A stretch of DNA of 64,000 nucleotides. It comes from a virus. Its lineage: Duplodnaviria; Caudoviricetes. The stretch spans positions 24,033-88,032 of IMG/VR virus record IMGVR_UViG_3300037424_001256; one strand, written 5' to 3'. The notes beneath the pieces are model-generated. The model saw only the letters and a program-made list of their open reading frames with translations, was not told the origin of the DNA and did no database searches. The position numbers and the translations under genes were made by a program. The stretch's first letter is position 1. Each line of letters begins with the position of its first letter. Shown one piece after another: positions 27,187 through 38,346 of the stretch.

Positions 27187-29982
27187 ATGATGGCAATAAC
27201 TATTGCAGATATTCAGATATTAATTGGGGGAAATACTGCTGGTTTACAGAGTAGCTTGAGTGACGCGGAGCGTCGAATGCTTGTCTTTAGGGCTAATGCT
27301 TTAATTGTTGGGAGTGCGTTGCAACAAAATGTAACAGCACCAATTGTAGCAATGGGAAAAGCTGCCCTCAAGGCTGGAATTGAATTTGATGAATCAATGA
27401 CTAGTATTAAAGCTGTAACTGGGGCTACTTCTGAAGAGATGGAGTTTCTTTCTGATACAGCAAAAGCAATGTCCAAGAATACGATATTCTCATCTAAGGA
27501 AGCTGCTGATGGAATGTTGGAACTTTTAAAGGCTGGTGTTAAAACAAAAGATGTTACCTTTGCCTTAAAGGGAGTCTTGGATTTAGCTGCTGCAGGAGAA
27601 ATAAGTTTATCTGATGCAGCTATTGTGGCAAGTACCTCAATGAATGCATTCAAGAAGGATATGCTGACTACTTCCGATGTAGCGAATATTCTTGCTGGAA
27701 CCGCTAAGGCTTCGACAACAGATGTTCATGGTCTTAGGCTAGGACTGTCACAGGCATCGGCTGTAGCAGCAGGGCTAGGGTTGACGTTCGAAGATACTGC
27801 TACGGCTCTAGGTTTGTTCGCGAACAATGGCCTTAGGGGCTCGGATGCTGGTACATCCTTGAAAACAATGTTATTGAATTTGCAACCAACGACTAAAAAA
27901 CAAAAGGAATTATTTCAAGAATTAGGATTAACTACGGCAGATGGTACTAATGCCTTTTTCGATCAAACTGGTAAAATTAAGAATTTAGCTGGTATTGCTA
28001 GTACGCTTGAGGGCGCTCTTGCAGGAATGACTGATGCACAGAGATTAGCTACCTTGGAAGCATTATTTGGAACAGATGCTATCAGAGCTGGAAATATTAT
28101 TTTTAAAGAGGGAGAAAAAGGAGTAACCGCATTTAAGTTGGCAATTGGAAATGTAACTGCAGAAGAAGTAGCAAAGACGAAGACTGAAGCTCTAGGTGCC
28201 CAGATAAAGATGCTCAAAAATGATATAGAACGTGTTGGAATTTCAGTGACAGAACAATTTGCAACCCCACTTAAGTTTTTAGTGACGGTTATGAAGGATG
28301 TCATTTCATGGTTTGATAAATTAAATCCTAATGTAAAGGGATTTATTGTTATTGTGCTTGGGATTATGGCAGCCGTTGGTCCTATATTAGTAGGGCTAGC
28401 TGGATTATCTGTAGTATTAGCAGCTTTAGTTCCAGTGGCAACTTTTGTTGGAACATCCGTGGCGGGATTAATAGCAGGATTTTTATTAATACCAATAGCG
28501 ATCGCAGCTGTAATAGCCATTGGTATATCTCTATATAAGAATTGGGATCTAATAAAGACAAATGCATCAAGAGATTGGAAAGAAATAACAGATTTAATTT
28601 TGAATTTTTGCTATTCTGTAGACACAGCAATTAATAATTTCATCAAAGCCGTAGTAAAGTATTTCAGTGATGGATGGTCTAGTGTAAAAACTAAAACTTC
28701 TGCATTCATGAGTAGCATCGGTACATTTTTTACTGATGGATGGTCAAGTATAAAGACAATGACATTGACTTTCGTAAATGATGTTGTTTCGGCATTTAAG
28801 GATGGATGGAACAATATGAAGAAATCTGTTTCAGATGGATGGGAAAATATAAAGAATACTATTAAGGAATTTATTCCAAAGATTGATGATATTATTATGG
28901 AATTTTTAATGAAGCTTGCTTATGATTTTGGCTTTGCACTTGGTACAATAGTTAAGTATTTCATAGATTTGCCGGGAAAAATAATTGGTGCAGTAATAAG
29001 CTTAAGGGATAAAGTTATTGGTGGTTGGGAAGAAATTAAGGATTTCGTTATTAATGAAGTCCCCAAAATGATTAATAGCGTTATAACATTCTTTAAGGAA
29101 TTACCGGGGAATGTATCTAATGCAATGCAAGCTGTATGGCAAGCCATATCAGATAAATGGTCAGAAATAAAGGCAAATACCTTAGCGTGGTTAGGAATTA
29201 TATGGCAAGCCATATCAGATAAATGGCGTGATGTAGCTGTAAATACTGATGCATGGTGGGCGAGCATCGTGGAAAGAGTAGGGAATTGGCTTAGGTCATT
29301 GCCCGGAAAGGCAAGTACGTGGTTACAACAAACTTGGCAATCAGTTTCAGATAAATGGCGTGATATAGCCGTAAATACTGATGCATGGTGGGATAGTATC
29401 GTTAATAGAGCTGGTAGTTGGCTTAAAACATTACCGGGAAGAGTGGGTGAATGGTTAGCAAGTTTACCGGGTAAATTTACTGACATATGGGAAGGTATAT
29501 TTAGGTATATATCTGGCTTGTACAACGCCTTTTATAATGTAGCAGCTAATTTAGGTGGAGCATTCTGGGCAGGTTTTAAAAGGGCAATTGGGTATAGCTC
29601 ACCTTCATACATGGAACGTGCATTTATGGCTATGGCAGATCAGGCCAAGACTACTTCCAGAGATATAACAGCACTTATACCTTCTTTCGTTAGAGCTGGT
29701 AAGGGAATTTCAAGTGCTTTCACAACGCCAGAAATGGGAATGATGGGTTCACCAGCATATGGAGGATCTGGAACTGGATCAATGGGTCTTAGTGTTCCAA
29801 TTTCCCCAATGGGAACTTCTCCGGTGACAACGCCAGAAACAAATGAAGGAGAAGGATCATGGGGAGGGTTAAATGTTTCTGTTGGTCAGATGGTTGTCAG
29901 GGAAGAGGTAGATATTTTAAAAGTAGCACAACAGTTATATAGACTACAAAAAGATAGAACTAGGGGAAGGGGGTCGCGCTAA
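27187..29982 (+). CDS. Tape measure protein (TP901-like core)
   Basis: FDESM...GSDAGTSLKTML; Trp-periodic C-terminal repeats, including a DNA-level repeat near 29215/29347. Confidence 0.9.
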   Translation: MMAITIADIQILIGGNTAGLQSSLSDAERRMLVFRANALIVGSALQQNVTAPIVAMGKAALKAGIEFDESMTSIKAVTGATSEEMEFLSDTAKAMSKNTIFSSKEAADGMLELLKAGVKTKDVTFALKGVLDLAAAGEISLSDAAIVASTSMNAFKKDMLTTSDVANILAGTAKASTTDVHGLRLGLSQASAVAAGLGLTFEDTATALGLFANNGLRGSDAGTSLKTMLLNLQPTTKKQKELFQELGLTTADGTNAFFDQTGKIKNLAGIASTLEGALAGMTDAQRLATLEALFGTDAIRAGNIIFKEGEKGVTAFKLAIGNVTAEEVAKTKTEALGAQIKMLKNDIERVGISVTEQFATPLKFLVTVMKDVISWFDKLNPNVKGFIVIVLGIMAAVGPILVGLAGLSVVLAALVPVATFVGTSVAGLIAGFLLIPIAIAAVIAIGISLYKNWDLIKTNASRDWKEITDLILNFCYSVDTAINNFIKAVVKYFSDGWSSVKTKTSAFMSSIGTFFTDGWSSIKTMTLTFVNDVVSAFKDGWNNMKKSVSDGWENIKNTIKEFIPKIDDIIMEFLMKLAYDFGFALGTIVKYFIDLPGKIIGAVISLRDKVIGGWEEIKDFVINEVPKMINSVITFFKELPGNVSNAMQAVWQAISDKWSEIKANTLAWLGIIWQAISDKWRDVAVNTDAWWASIVERVGNWLRSLPGKASTWLQQTWQSVSDKWRDIAVNTDAWWDSIVNRAGSWLKTLPGRVGEWLASLPGKFTDIWEGIFRYISGLYNAFYNVAANLGGAFWAGFKRAIGYSSPSYMERAFMAMADQAKTTSRDITALIPSFVRAGKGISSAFTTPEMGMMGSPAYGGSGTGSMGLSVPISPMGTSPVTTPETNEGEGSWGGLNVSVGQMVVREEVDILKVAQQLYRLQKDRTRGRGSR

Positions 29983-31944
29983 ATGGCAGAATGCTCATTT
30001 ATTTATGGTGGTGTAAGGTCTGAATTCAAGGGAATTATAGTTAATGATATTCGTCGAAGCGTTCTCCCTCCCATTAGTCCTAGAACAATAAATGTTCCAG
30101 ATAGAGATGGTATTTATTTCTTTAAGACAGATTTTAAGGAAAGAATTATTGAGGTGGATATTACCTTAGTGGAAACATCTAAAGAAGCTCTTAGGTCTAG
30201 GATCGAGAATATTAGTATCTATTTAGATCCTAGAAATGGAGTTCAATCCTTGGTTTTCGATGATGAATTAGATAGGACATACTATGCAGTTTTGTCAAAT
30301 GAGACAAATTTTCCTCAATTAAAAGCGTGGGGTAAGACAACGTTAGTATTTCTGGTTCCAGATGGATTTTCATATTCAACTTTACCAGTTATTCAAAATA
30401 TAAACGCAGCTCAAGATGCAATATTTTCACGAAGTTCAGATGCCTATGAATCAGATGGCACATTAGTTGGTCCCAATATTCCAAGATATGAAAGTGGCGT
30501 ATTTGGTACTGCTATTCAAATAGAAGAAGGTACTACGAATATGCTTACTGCTAATCAAAGTAGTATTGAAACAGATACAGTGGGATTTACTGCGACTACT
30601 GGAGCTACAATAGGGCAAGAATTTACCTATGCCCACGTTGGAATAGCTGGACTAGTTATTGTAACGCAAGGTCAAACGGTAGAGGAAGGCGTAGCACTAA
30701 CATTCGTCGCTGCTGCTGCAACAACAACCTATACCTATAGTGTTTATCTAATTGGAAGCGGTAAAGTAAAACTTAATATTGAGGAACAAACAGGAGTTGG
30801 AGTATTTATAACTGATACTGATTCAGCAGAGATAACTCTATCATTTGATGAATTTGTAAGATATTCTCTGACTATAACGACAACTGGGACAACTGGAAGA
30901 TTAGTACCTAAAATATTGACATCGGTTCAAATTTTTGCTCAAGTATATGCTGATGCTTTCCAAGTTGAGGCAAAAGCATACGCAACAAGTTGGCACTTAG
31001 GAGGAGCTTCTAGGGGTGACGAGCTTTTAAAAATAGCTACGAATACTAGGTTATTTGGACAACAAGGCACATTGGATTTCTTCTTCAAGAAAACTGGCAG
31101 AGCTGGTGATTTTGGTGGAATGTTTGATTGGGGAACATTTTCAGCAGGATCTACAAGGGACAGAATTGCAATTATACATGGTGCATCTGTTGGATCAGGA
31201 GAGGATGATATTCAATTTACTATTGTTAATTCATCTCAAACACAGTCAAAAACGATTACTGTTAGCCTTACAACTGATTTAGTAGTTGGAAGAGACTATT
31301 ATTTAGCCGCTAGATGGTATCTTGATGGTTCAGTAAATGGAAAAATGATTTTAACCCTTGCTGATTTAGTGACAAATGAGGAATTTAAGACCATTTCTAG
31401 CGCTACTATAAATCCTCCAACAATGACAGGATTTAGTACAGCATTTCTTGGCAGTTTGAGAAATGGAAATTATTGGTCAAATTGTCGCTACGATAGTTTT
31501 AGAATGTCCATTGTAATACGAAGCTCATCGGATATCACGGATTCATGGGAATTCAGAAGACCATTAATCAAAGATCCAAAATCATCGGTTAAATATTCAT
31601 TTGCAGAAACCTTAGCAGGAACATTGATTACAAATCTTGGTACGGCACCAGCAGATCCTACGATTACATTAACCTTTATTAACCCAACTACAGATCCAAT
31701 CATTACGCAATATAAAGCTGGATCTACAGAGGTTCAGGCATTACAGGTTACAGGATCTTTTTCTTCCGGTGATCAAGTTGTTATCAATTCAGATATAAGA
31801 AAAGTCACATTTAATGGTGCCGTTATTAATAATCAAGTTACTTTAGCTAGTGAATTCCCCGTTTTATCAGGAGATCATTTTTATACTTTTGCACCAACAA
31901 CGACCACCAATATTGACGTAAATTATGTTCCGAGGTGGCTATAG
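29983..31944 (+). CDS. Distal tail protein (Dit) with inserted carbohydrate-binding/LamG-like modules
   Basis: Dit N-terminus (VPDRDG...LVFDDELDRTYYA) and C-terminus (Y.PRWL) flank a ~400-aa insertion. Confidence 0.75.
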   Translation: MAECSFIYGGVRSEFKGIIVNDIRRSVLPPISPRTINVPDRDGIYFFKTDFKERIIEVDITLVETSKEALRSRIENISIYLDPRNGVQSLVFDDELDRTYYAVLSNETNFPQLKAWGKTTLVFLVPDGFSYSTLPVIQNINAAQDAIFSRSSDAYESDGTLVGPNIPRYESGVFGTAIQIEEGTTNMLTANQSSIETDTVGFTATTGATIGQEFTYAHVGIAGLVIVTQGQTVEEGVALTFVAAAATTTYTYSVYLIGSGKVKLNIEEQTGVGVFITDTDSAEITLSFDEFVRYSLTITTTGTTGRLVPKILTSVQIFAQVYADAFQVEAKAYATSWHLGGASRGDELLKIATNTRLFGQQGTLDFFFKKTGRAGDFGGMFDWGTFSAGSTRDRIAIIHGASVGSGEDDIQFTIVNSSQTQSKTITVSLTTDLVVGRDYYLAARWYLDGSVNGKMILTLADLVTNEEFKTISSATINPPTMTGFSTAFLGSLRNGNYWSNCRYDSFRMSIVIRSSSDITDSWEFRRPLIKDPKSSVKYSFAETLAGTLITNLGTAPADPTITLTFINPTTDPIITQYKAGSTEVQALQVTGSFSSGDQVVINSDIRKVTFNGAVINNQVTLASEFPVLSGDHFYTFAPTTTTNIDVNYVPRWL

Positions 31945-33789
31945 ATGCAATTAAAGAAAACATCAAATACGATAGGCATCGACTGTTCTTGCTTTAATGG
32001 TTCTATTACATGGGGGACAGTTGCCACAGATCCAAGAAATATTCAATTTGCCTATCTTCGGTGTTCTATGGGAACCAGTAATTTTGATACAAAATTTGCC
32101 GTTAATGCAAATGGAGCAAGGGCTAATAATATTCTAGTTGGTGCTTATCATTTCATGAGGCCAAATAGTACGATATATGCAACATCGAGAGCTATAACAG
32201 AAGCTAATCATTTTGTGAATAGAATGCAGATTGGTTTAGGAAATGGTGAGTTTGGTGATCTATATCCTGTTGTCGATCTTGAATTTCCAAGTACACCTAA
32301 AATAGCGAATAATCCGGTGGAAGTAAGGTTATTGGTAGACTATTGCCAAACATTTAGAGCACAAGTAGAGCAACTTACAGGTAGAACTGTAATGGTTTAT
32401 GCTGGTATAGATTATATACAAAGCCCTTGGAATAACTTTAATTATCCAACGTCAGCAAATCCTATTTCAGATATGCCATTATGGGCTGCGTATTGGCTGA
32501 GATTACACGTTGGTTCAAGTGCTCCTCCAGATGCTGGAGGCTGGTCCCAGTGGCGTGTTTGGCAGTATTCAGATACAGGAGTAGTGACTGGAATAACAAC
32601 AGCGACGGACTTAAATTTTGGTCCAGATAACCTTAGGTTTTTGCAGGATAATAGTCTAGAATCTAAGGGTTTAGCACCCGTAACTCAACTTTATGTATTG
32701 AATTCAAATCGACAACTACAGGTAGTTCTGAGTAATGATAGTTCTGCATGTCCGTTCTATAACCCTATCCATATGGAACAAATAAACCAAGAAAACAAAC
32801 TTACATTTAGTGTTCCTGCAAGTCATCCAGACGCAAGTGATATCATTGAGGGTAATTTAGTATTTTTCAGAGACTTTGATGACCCTGCTCAAATTCAGCT
32901 ATTTGAAGTTTTAAGAATTGAAGAAAGTCATCTTGGAAATTTATACAAAGATGTAGTGTGTCAGCATAAAGTTTTTGAATTGGTAGATGATTGGATTGAT
33001 GCATTAACTCTTACAGGAGTTGGTTGTTCCTCAGCTCTTAACTCCATATTATCTGGAACAAAATGGATTGTTGGTACAGTAGAACCTACTGGAACTCAGA
33101 CATTCGTATTTTCAAGAATAACCGTCATGGAAGCCTTAAGGGAAATAGTTCAAGCATTTAATGCAGAATGGAGATTCAGAGTACAATTTGTTGGTGCAGA
33201 TGTAACAACTCAATTTGTCGATATTTTAGACCAAAGAGGCGAAGACCGAGGGAAACGCTTTGAGTATAGTCGAGATATGAAAAGTGTCAAACGAACGATT
33301 GATAATTCAAAACTAGTAACAAAATCATTCGGTTACGGAAATTCTATAACCTTTTCAACGGTTCTATGGACGACATTAGGGGGAGATCCAGCAGATAAGC
33401 CAGTTGGACAGTTATATGTTGAGGACGTTGATGCTACAAGCACTTGGGGTAGGTATAGGGGATCTACCAACGTTATCCCAATTGAGTCAGAATTTACTTC
33501 AAATACTACTTCTCCATCGAATTTATTACAAGAAACATGGGATTATATTCAGGCTAATAACGTTCCGTGGGTAGCTTATGAGATTGATATTGCTGATTTG
33601 GAGATCATTGCAGGAAGTGCATCCCAGAAAGTTAGATTGGGAGATACCGTAAAAGTCATTGATAATTTATTTGAACCAGTTTTGAGATCTTCTGCAAGGA
33701 TTTTAGAGATTGATAGATATCTCAGTGAACCAGAAAAGACCCAAGTTGTTATTAGTCAGATACCGCCAATTATTATAGCTGATACCTAA
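31945..33789 (+). CDS. Tail-associated lysin: N-terminal GH25 muramidase fused to a Tal/baseplate-hub domain
   Basis: GIDCS...VGAYHF...VVDLE...WQYS (GH25); ENKLTFSVP...QLFEV...DQRGEDRGKRFEYSRDM...VRLGDTVKVID (Tal). Confidence 0.8.
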   Translation: MQLKKTSNTIGIDCSCFNGSITWGTVATDPRNIQFAYLRCSMGTSNFDTKFAVNANGARANNILVGAYHFMRPNSTIYATSRAITEANHFVNRMQIGLGNGEFGDLYPVVDLEFPSTPKIANNPVEVRLLVDYCQTFRAQVEQLTGRTVMVYAGIDYIQSPWNNFNYPTSANPISDMPLWAAYWLRLHVGSSAPPDAGGWSQWRVWQYSDTGVVTGITTATDLNFGPDNLRFLQDNSLESKGLAPVTQLYVLNSNRQLQVVLSNDSSACPFYNPIHMEQINQENKLTFSVPASHPDASDIIEGNLVFFRDFDDPAQIQLFEVLRIEESHLGNLYKDVVCQHKVFELVDDWIDALTLTGVGCSSALNSILSGTKWIVGTVEPTGTQTFVFSRITVMEALREIVQAFNAEWRFRVQFVGADVTTQFVDILDQRGEDRGKRFEYSRDMKSVKRTIDNSKLVTKSFGYGNSITFSTVLWTTLGGDPADKPVGQLYVEDVDATSTWGRYRGSTNVIPIESEFTSNTTSPSNLLQETWDYIQANNVPWVAYEIDIADLEIIAGSASQKVRLGDTVKVIDNLFEPVLRSSARILEIDRYLSEPEKTQVVISQIPPIIIADT

Positions 33790-33812
33790 AGGAATCGAGG
33801 TGCGATAATCAA

Positions 33813-35057
33813 GTGGTAGCTTTTATTCCCCCACAAAATCACAGGAATGCTTCAGAATCTATTTATAATGGTCAATTGCTACGAGATGCATCCAAAAAGG
33901 GTCCACAATATTCAATATTTGGAGACACTATAACTGGATCAAAATATGATGAAGTTACAGTTTCTTTCCAAGTAGGAATTTCGTCATACGACACAATTAG
34001 TGCTGTTACTGGAGGTGGTGCCGTAACAAGTGTTGTGCCACAAGCAAAAATAGCTAGTGGTCTTGCCGTTGCTGGTACTGCCCAATTACAATCTTTGCAA
34101 TCAGTAAGATATAGAGCTGGAAGAGAAGGATATGCATTCTTTACTTGTGAATTTACAACCCAAGCTGGAGGATTATTAGGAATAGCTGATTCAAACCAAC
34201 AGATGGGCCTGTTTGATGACCAAAATGGGATATATCTAGGATTTACTGGCATTAATTTCTGTATAGCAATTAGAAAAGAAGGCGTAGATACCGTTGTTAC
34301 TCAAGCTAATTTCAATAGGGACAAATTAGATGGTACGGGAATGAGTGGCATTACTGCAGACTTCTCTAAAAATAATGTTTTTAAAGTTTCATTTGGATAT
34401 TTAGGAGCCGCGACGATAGTTTATGAAATTTTAAGATCCGATGGTGTGTGGGTACCTTTTCACGTAGTTGAGTATCCCGGCAGTTCGATAAATACACACA
34501 TTTCTAACCCTGTTGTACCAGTTACTTGTAGAGTTGAAAAAACTGCAGGAGCAACAAATATTACCATGATGACATCTAGTTGGAGCGCAGGTACCATAGT
34601 TGGCAATTCTCAACTTCAGATTTCCAACCGTGGATTTGCATTCACTAATACTAAATCTATATCTGCCAATCTACGCACAAGCATATTTACCTTGAGAAAT
34701 TCTACTGTATTTGGAGGACTAGCAAATAGGATTCCGTTTCAACCAATATTTATATCAGTTTCAGCAGATGGAACAAAGAATGTCGATATTCAAGTTTTAA
34801 AAAATGCAACAATTAACGGAACTAGCTTCCATACAATTGACGCCAATAATAGTGTCGTGAGTTATGATATCTTAGCTACTAGCGTAAGTGGTGGAACTTT
34901 GGCTTTACCAATTAAATTAGGTAAAACTGGTAGTCAAAGTCTTGATATGGCTGATTACATCATGCTGTCCTTACCGGGTGAAACACTTTCGTTCACGGCA
35001 TTTTCATCTGGAGCTAGTTCGATAGGTATCGGATGTAGATGGTTGGATAAGTTCTAG
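33813..35057 (+). CDS. Putative baseplate/fibre protein
   Basis: Beta-rich, S/T/G-rich; follows Tal. Confidence 0.5.
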   Translation: MVAFIPPQNHRNASESIYNGQLLRDASKKGPQYSIFGDTITGSKYDEVTVSFQVGISSYDTISAVTGGGAVTSVVPQAKIASGLAVAGTAQLQSLQSVRYRAGREGYAFFTCEFTTQAGGLLGIADSNQQMGLFDDQNGIYLGFTGINFCIAIRKEGVDTVVTQANFNRDKLDGTGMSGITADFSKNNVFKVSFGYLGAATIVYEILRSDGVWVPFHVVEYPGSSINTHISNPVVPVTCRVEKTAGATNITMMTSSWSAGTIVGNSQLQISNRGFAFTNTKSISANLRTSIFTLRNSTVFGGLANRIPFQPIFISVSADGTKNVDIQVLKNATINGTSFHTIDANNSVVSYDILATSVSGGTLALPIKLGKTGSQSLDMADYIMLSLPGETLSFTAFSSGASSIGIGCRWLDKF

Positions 35058-35087
35058 GACATTATATTAGAAAGGTGGGTTTTTGTA

Positions 35088-35468
35088 ATGACGTTTATAC
35101 CACCAGCACCAGCAAATCATCGCAATAGTGCAGTTTTAGTAGCATCAACTAGTTTAGTTGTAAATGTTGGAAATGATGCATGGGGACCTACATCTGTAAT
35201 AGGTAGAATAACGCTAGGTTCAACATTTTTAACCGAGCTAAAAGTTGGTACATCTGCATTACCAAATAGACACACATTGAAGGTATTGAACGATTCGTCA
35301 TTTCTTTTCTATGTTAAAAATACAACGACATTACCAACCAGCGATGGTGTTCTAGTCAATTCGGGAGTAGCTGCGGAAATCACTTTGAACCCCTCTCAAA
35401 GTGTGAAATTTTATGGTATAACATTTGCTGGTACGGCTGATATTAAAATTATTGAGATAAGCAACTAA
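35088..35468 (+). CDS. Putative tail accessory protein
   Basis: N-terminus (FIPP...NHRN) shared with 33813..35057. Confidence 0.45.
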   Translation: MTFIPPAPANHRNSAVLVASTSLVVNVGNDAWGPTSVIGRITLGSTFLTELKVGTSALPNRHTLKVLNDSSFLFYVKNTTTLPTSDGVLVNSGVAAEITLNPSQSVKFYGITFAGTADIKIIEISN

Positions 35469-35488
35469 GGTGAAGGGAGGTATTAAAT

Positions 35489-35989
35489 GTGACATCACCA
35501 TCGTTAAGTCTAGTTCCATTTAGGGATACTCCTTATAGTTTGCAGTTTGCTTTTGCTGGCGTAATGTTTTCGGTTTCAAGTGCCGTGCTATTGGGTTCAG
35601 GAATTTATAATCACTGTTTTGTGACCCAAGGTAAATCAGTCCATATAATAGCTAGATCTTACCAAACCAATTCCACTAATTTAACAGTTGATTGGATTGA
35701 AAATGGAGTAGACATTGCTGGATCATCTGGACCTAGTCAATTTTTATATAATGTGAACCGTGTATTATCAGATACGACTAATACTGCATCATTGTTTAGC
35801 TCTCCAACGACATCTGCTAGTAGTGGGGTTTCAATTGAAACTATTGGTCTTGTCCCGGCTGATAAATGGGTACAGACAGCACCTGAATTCATACTAGAAA
35901 ATAATAAAATGTATTTAATTCAAGCTAACAATCATAATAGTACGGGTTATTTTGTGATAAATTTGACATGGTATGAATCCGGTAACTAA
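35489..35989 (+). CDS. Putative tail protein, paralog A
   Basis: Shares PFRxTxYxLQF and C-terminal WYESGN with 36007..36489. Confidence 0.5.
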   Translation: MTSPSLSLVPFRDTPYSLQFAFAGVMFSVSSAVLLGSGIYNHCFVTQGKSVHIIARSYQTNSTNLTVDWIENGVDIAGSSGPSQFLYNVNRVLSDTTNTASLFSSPTTSASSGVSIETIGLVPADKWVQTAPEFILENNKMYLIQANNHNSTGYFVINLTWYESGN

Positions 35990-36006
35990 GGGAAGGTGAT
36001 TATAAA

Positions 36007-36489
36007 TTGAGTATTGAATTACAGCCTTTCAGACAGACTGATTATGCATTACAGTTTGATTTCGTTGGAAATTTTTATTCATGGCAATATCAATTAATGT
36101 CATCAGGTGGAACTTCACATGATTTGAAATTTGCGACTAGTGATAATTTTGTCCATATAACCTCTAGGGAAATACAGACTAATAGTTCGGCAATATCTAT
36201 CAATATCTACGAAGGTGCAACATTTGGGATAGGCTCATCTTCTTCAAAAATTTATAATTTGAATAGGGGTATCAATAACCCTAATACAATGAAAATTATC
36301 ACAAATTCAACACATGTATTACCCGGAAATACATTGGAAGCATTTACGTTAATTGCGAATGACAGGTGGAAGCAACAGAGTCCAGAATTAATTCTTAAGA
36401 CCAACACCTTGTATTGGATGGAAATATTAAATTCTGGTTTAAATGCATTCGTTAATTTCAATTATGTCTGGTATGAATCTGGTAATTAA
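36007..36489 (+). CDS. Putative tail protein, paralog B
   Basis: Tandem paralog ending WYESGN. Confidence 0.5.
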   Translation: MSIELQPFRQTDYALQFDFVGNFYSWQYQLMSSGGTSHDLKFATSDNFVHITSREIQTNSSAISINIYEGATFGIGSSSSKIYNLNRGINNPNTMKIITNSTHVLPGNTLEAFTLIANDRWKQQSPELILKTNTLYWMEILNSGLNAFVNFNYVWYESGN

Positions 36490-36512
36490 CTTTTGAAAGG
36501 AGTTTTAATATT

Positions 36513-37366
36513 ATGGCAAATATGGTCTATGATTATGCAAAGAAATTTTTAGTTGCTTCATCTAGTACTCCAGCAAAACACATCGATCTACTTGGTAATA
36601 CTATCAAGGTTGCATTAGTGGGAAGTACCTATATTCAAGCATCTAGTCATTTCCTTTTTAAGAGAGGAACAGGAGCAGCAGCAAGTATCACTCCTTCATG
36701 TTGTGAGCTAAATGGAACTGGATACGCAGAAGGTATTGGAGCTAGTACAGGTCGTAAAACTTTAGCTTCTAAGGTATTGACTCAAGAATCTGCAAATACT
36801 AGGGTCATCTTCGATGCAGCGGATATAACTTGGACAGCAATCAACGCTGGAACGGCAGGAAAGTTGATCGTTATTCGTGAGGGTGGGCGGGGGACTACTA
36901 CGAGCGACACTGGTACAGTTTTGATTTGTACAATTGATAGCGGATTTCCAGTTGTTACAAATGGTAAATTGTGGAAACAAACTGCCGTCTAAGGTGGAAA
37001 CAGCTTAGATTATTAGCGCGAAATTAAGCGGGAAAGTCCTCCATTTTTTAGGATAACCCGAACCGAAGGCGTGTGAAAGCACTAAATCATGGTAACATGA
37101 TTGATAGCGAGAGCTAGTCAGGGGCAACGCATAGGAGCTGCGGCTTTAAGCCAATAACGCTCCCAAGAGTTCGCGCCACGAAAGCAACAGAGCTTTCCTA
37201 AATGGGGTTGTAACCATTTAGCCTAACGTTATGTCGAGGGTGAAAAGGTATGCTGGACTATACCAATGGTAAAGGTATAGAAGTTAGGATAAAAAGCCTA
37301 ACGATAACAAGATCGGGTGATCTCACTATTTCATGGTCAACAGCGGGTATAATAGATTTGACATAA
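36513..37366 (+). CDS. Tail-module structural protein split by a group I intron (exons 36513-36965 and 37316-37366; 167 aa spliced)
   Basis: Splicing gives ...FPVVTNG/GDLTISWSTAGIIDLT*, restoring the TNGGDxTIxW motif. Confidence 0.8.
36966..37315 (+). mobile_element. Group I intron, 350 nt, no internal ORF
   Basis: 5' exon ends in U, intron ends in G; P1 AUGGU/GCCGU with G-U at the splice site; P4-like GCGGGAAA, Q-like CCCGAACCGAAG, P7 GCATA/TATGC in GGGCAACGCATAG...GAAAAGGTATGCTGGAC. Confidence 0.85.
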
Positions 37367-37424
37367 CAGCAAGTATACCATAATGTTGTGAAATGTGTTA
37401 TAATTGAGGTGGAGGTGTTTCATC

Positions 37425-38321
37425 ATGGAAATACAAAATCCACCTCAAAAATTATTCCGAGGATGGAAACAGGATTTAGCAGATCAAATTCAGGGGATTT
37501 ATGATCAGGGATTTTCAACAGGAGAGGTAGCTAAAAAATTAGATATTAACAAATTAAGAGTTAAGCATTATTTATCAATTATGGGTTATGAATTTTCAAT
37601 GTCGGAAGGATGTAAGAGAAGAACAAAATCAGTATTCAATGATGTTGAACTAAGTAAAGAAGTTTTAGAAATTATTGAGGGTAATTTATTAGGTGATGGT
37701 TCATTGACTCTCCAGAAAAACACTAGCAAACCTCATCTAGTTCCTAGGTCAGCAGTTTATTCTCATGCGACAAAATCATTAGCTCAGATTGAATGGCTCA
37801 AGAAATTATTGGTTGATAATGGTTTACCTGTTAGGGATTATGTTCATCTAAAAAAAGCTCACCAAGAAATATATAAAAATGGCCCAAATGCTGGCACTAT
37901 TGCCAATTATAGTGATAGATATGATTTTAAAAGTGTTTCTCAGCCATCCATAAAGATATTGAGAGAAAAATGGTATAAACCTCATAAGATTGTACCAACA
38001 GATTTAAAATTAACTCCATTAACGCTCCTGCATTGGTATTTAGGAGATGGAACTTTATGTAGAAATAAAAAACCTGTATCTTATTCAGTAAAACTTTATA
38101 CCTATTCATTCACTTATGATGAAGTTTTTTATCTGAAGAAAAGATTATTATTTGATCTGGATTTAGAATCAACAGTATTAAAGAGGCACATGACTGATGG
38201 CCAATATTATATCGCTATACCAAGTATTAATGACAAAAATATTTCACATTTCTTCTCCCTAATCGGCCCATGCCCACCGGAACTCATCACCGACTACGGA
38301 CACAAATGGCCCAACACATAG
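37425..38321 (+). CDS. Free-standing double-motif LAGLIDADG homing endonuclease
   Basis: IEGNLLGDGSL and LHWYLGDGTL motifs; GGAGGTG RBS; extended -10 TGTTATAAT at 37396-37404. Confidence 0.85.
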   Translation: MEIQNPPQKLFRGWKQDLADQIQGIYDQGFSTGEVAKKLDINKLRVKHYLSIMGYEFSMSEGCKRRTKSVFNDVELSKEVLEIIEGNLLGDGSLTLQKNTSKPHLVPRSAVYSHATKSLAQIEWLKKLLVDNGLPVRDYVHLKKAHQEIYKNGPNAGTIANYSDRYDFKSVSQPSIKILREKWYKPHKIVPTDLKLTPLTLLHWYLGDGTLCRNKKPVSYSVKLYTYSFTYDEVFYLKKRLLFDLDLESTVLKRHMTDGQYYIAIPSINDKNISHFFSLIGPCPPELITDYGHKWPNT

Positions 38322-38346
38322 AAAAGAAACGAGGTTAATCCTCGTC

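Noticed and set aside
29130-29400. DGR-like template/variable repeat pair in the tape measure gene
   Set aside because: In-frame Trp-periodic TMP repeats; differences are not adenine-specific and no RT is present.
36513-36992. 159-aa ORF ending KLWKQTAV as the true product
   Set aside because: The last 8 codons are intron sequence; splicing restores a conserved C-terminus.
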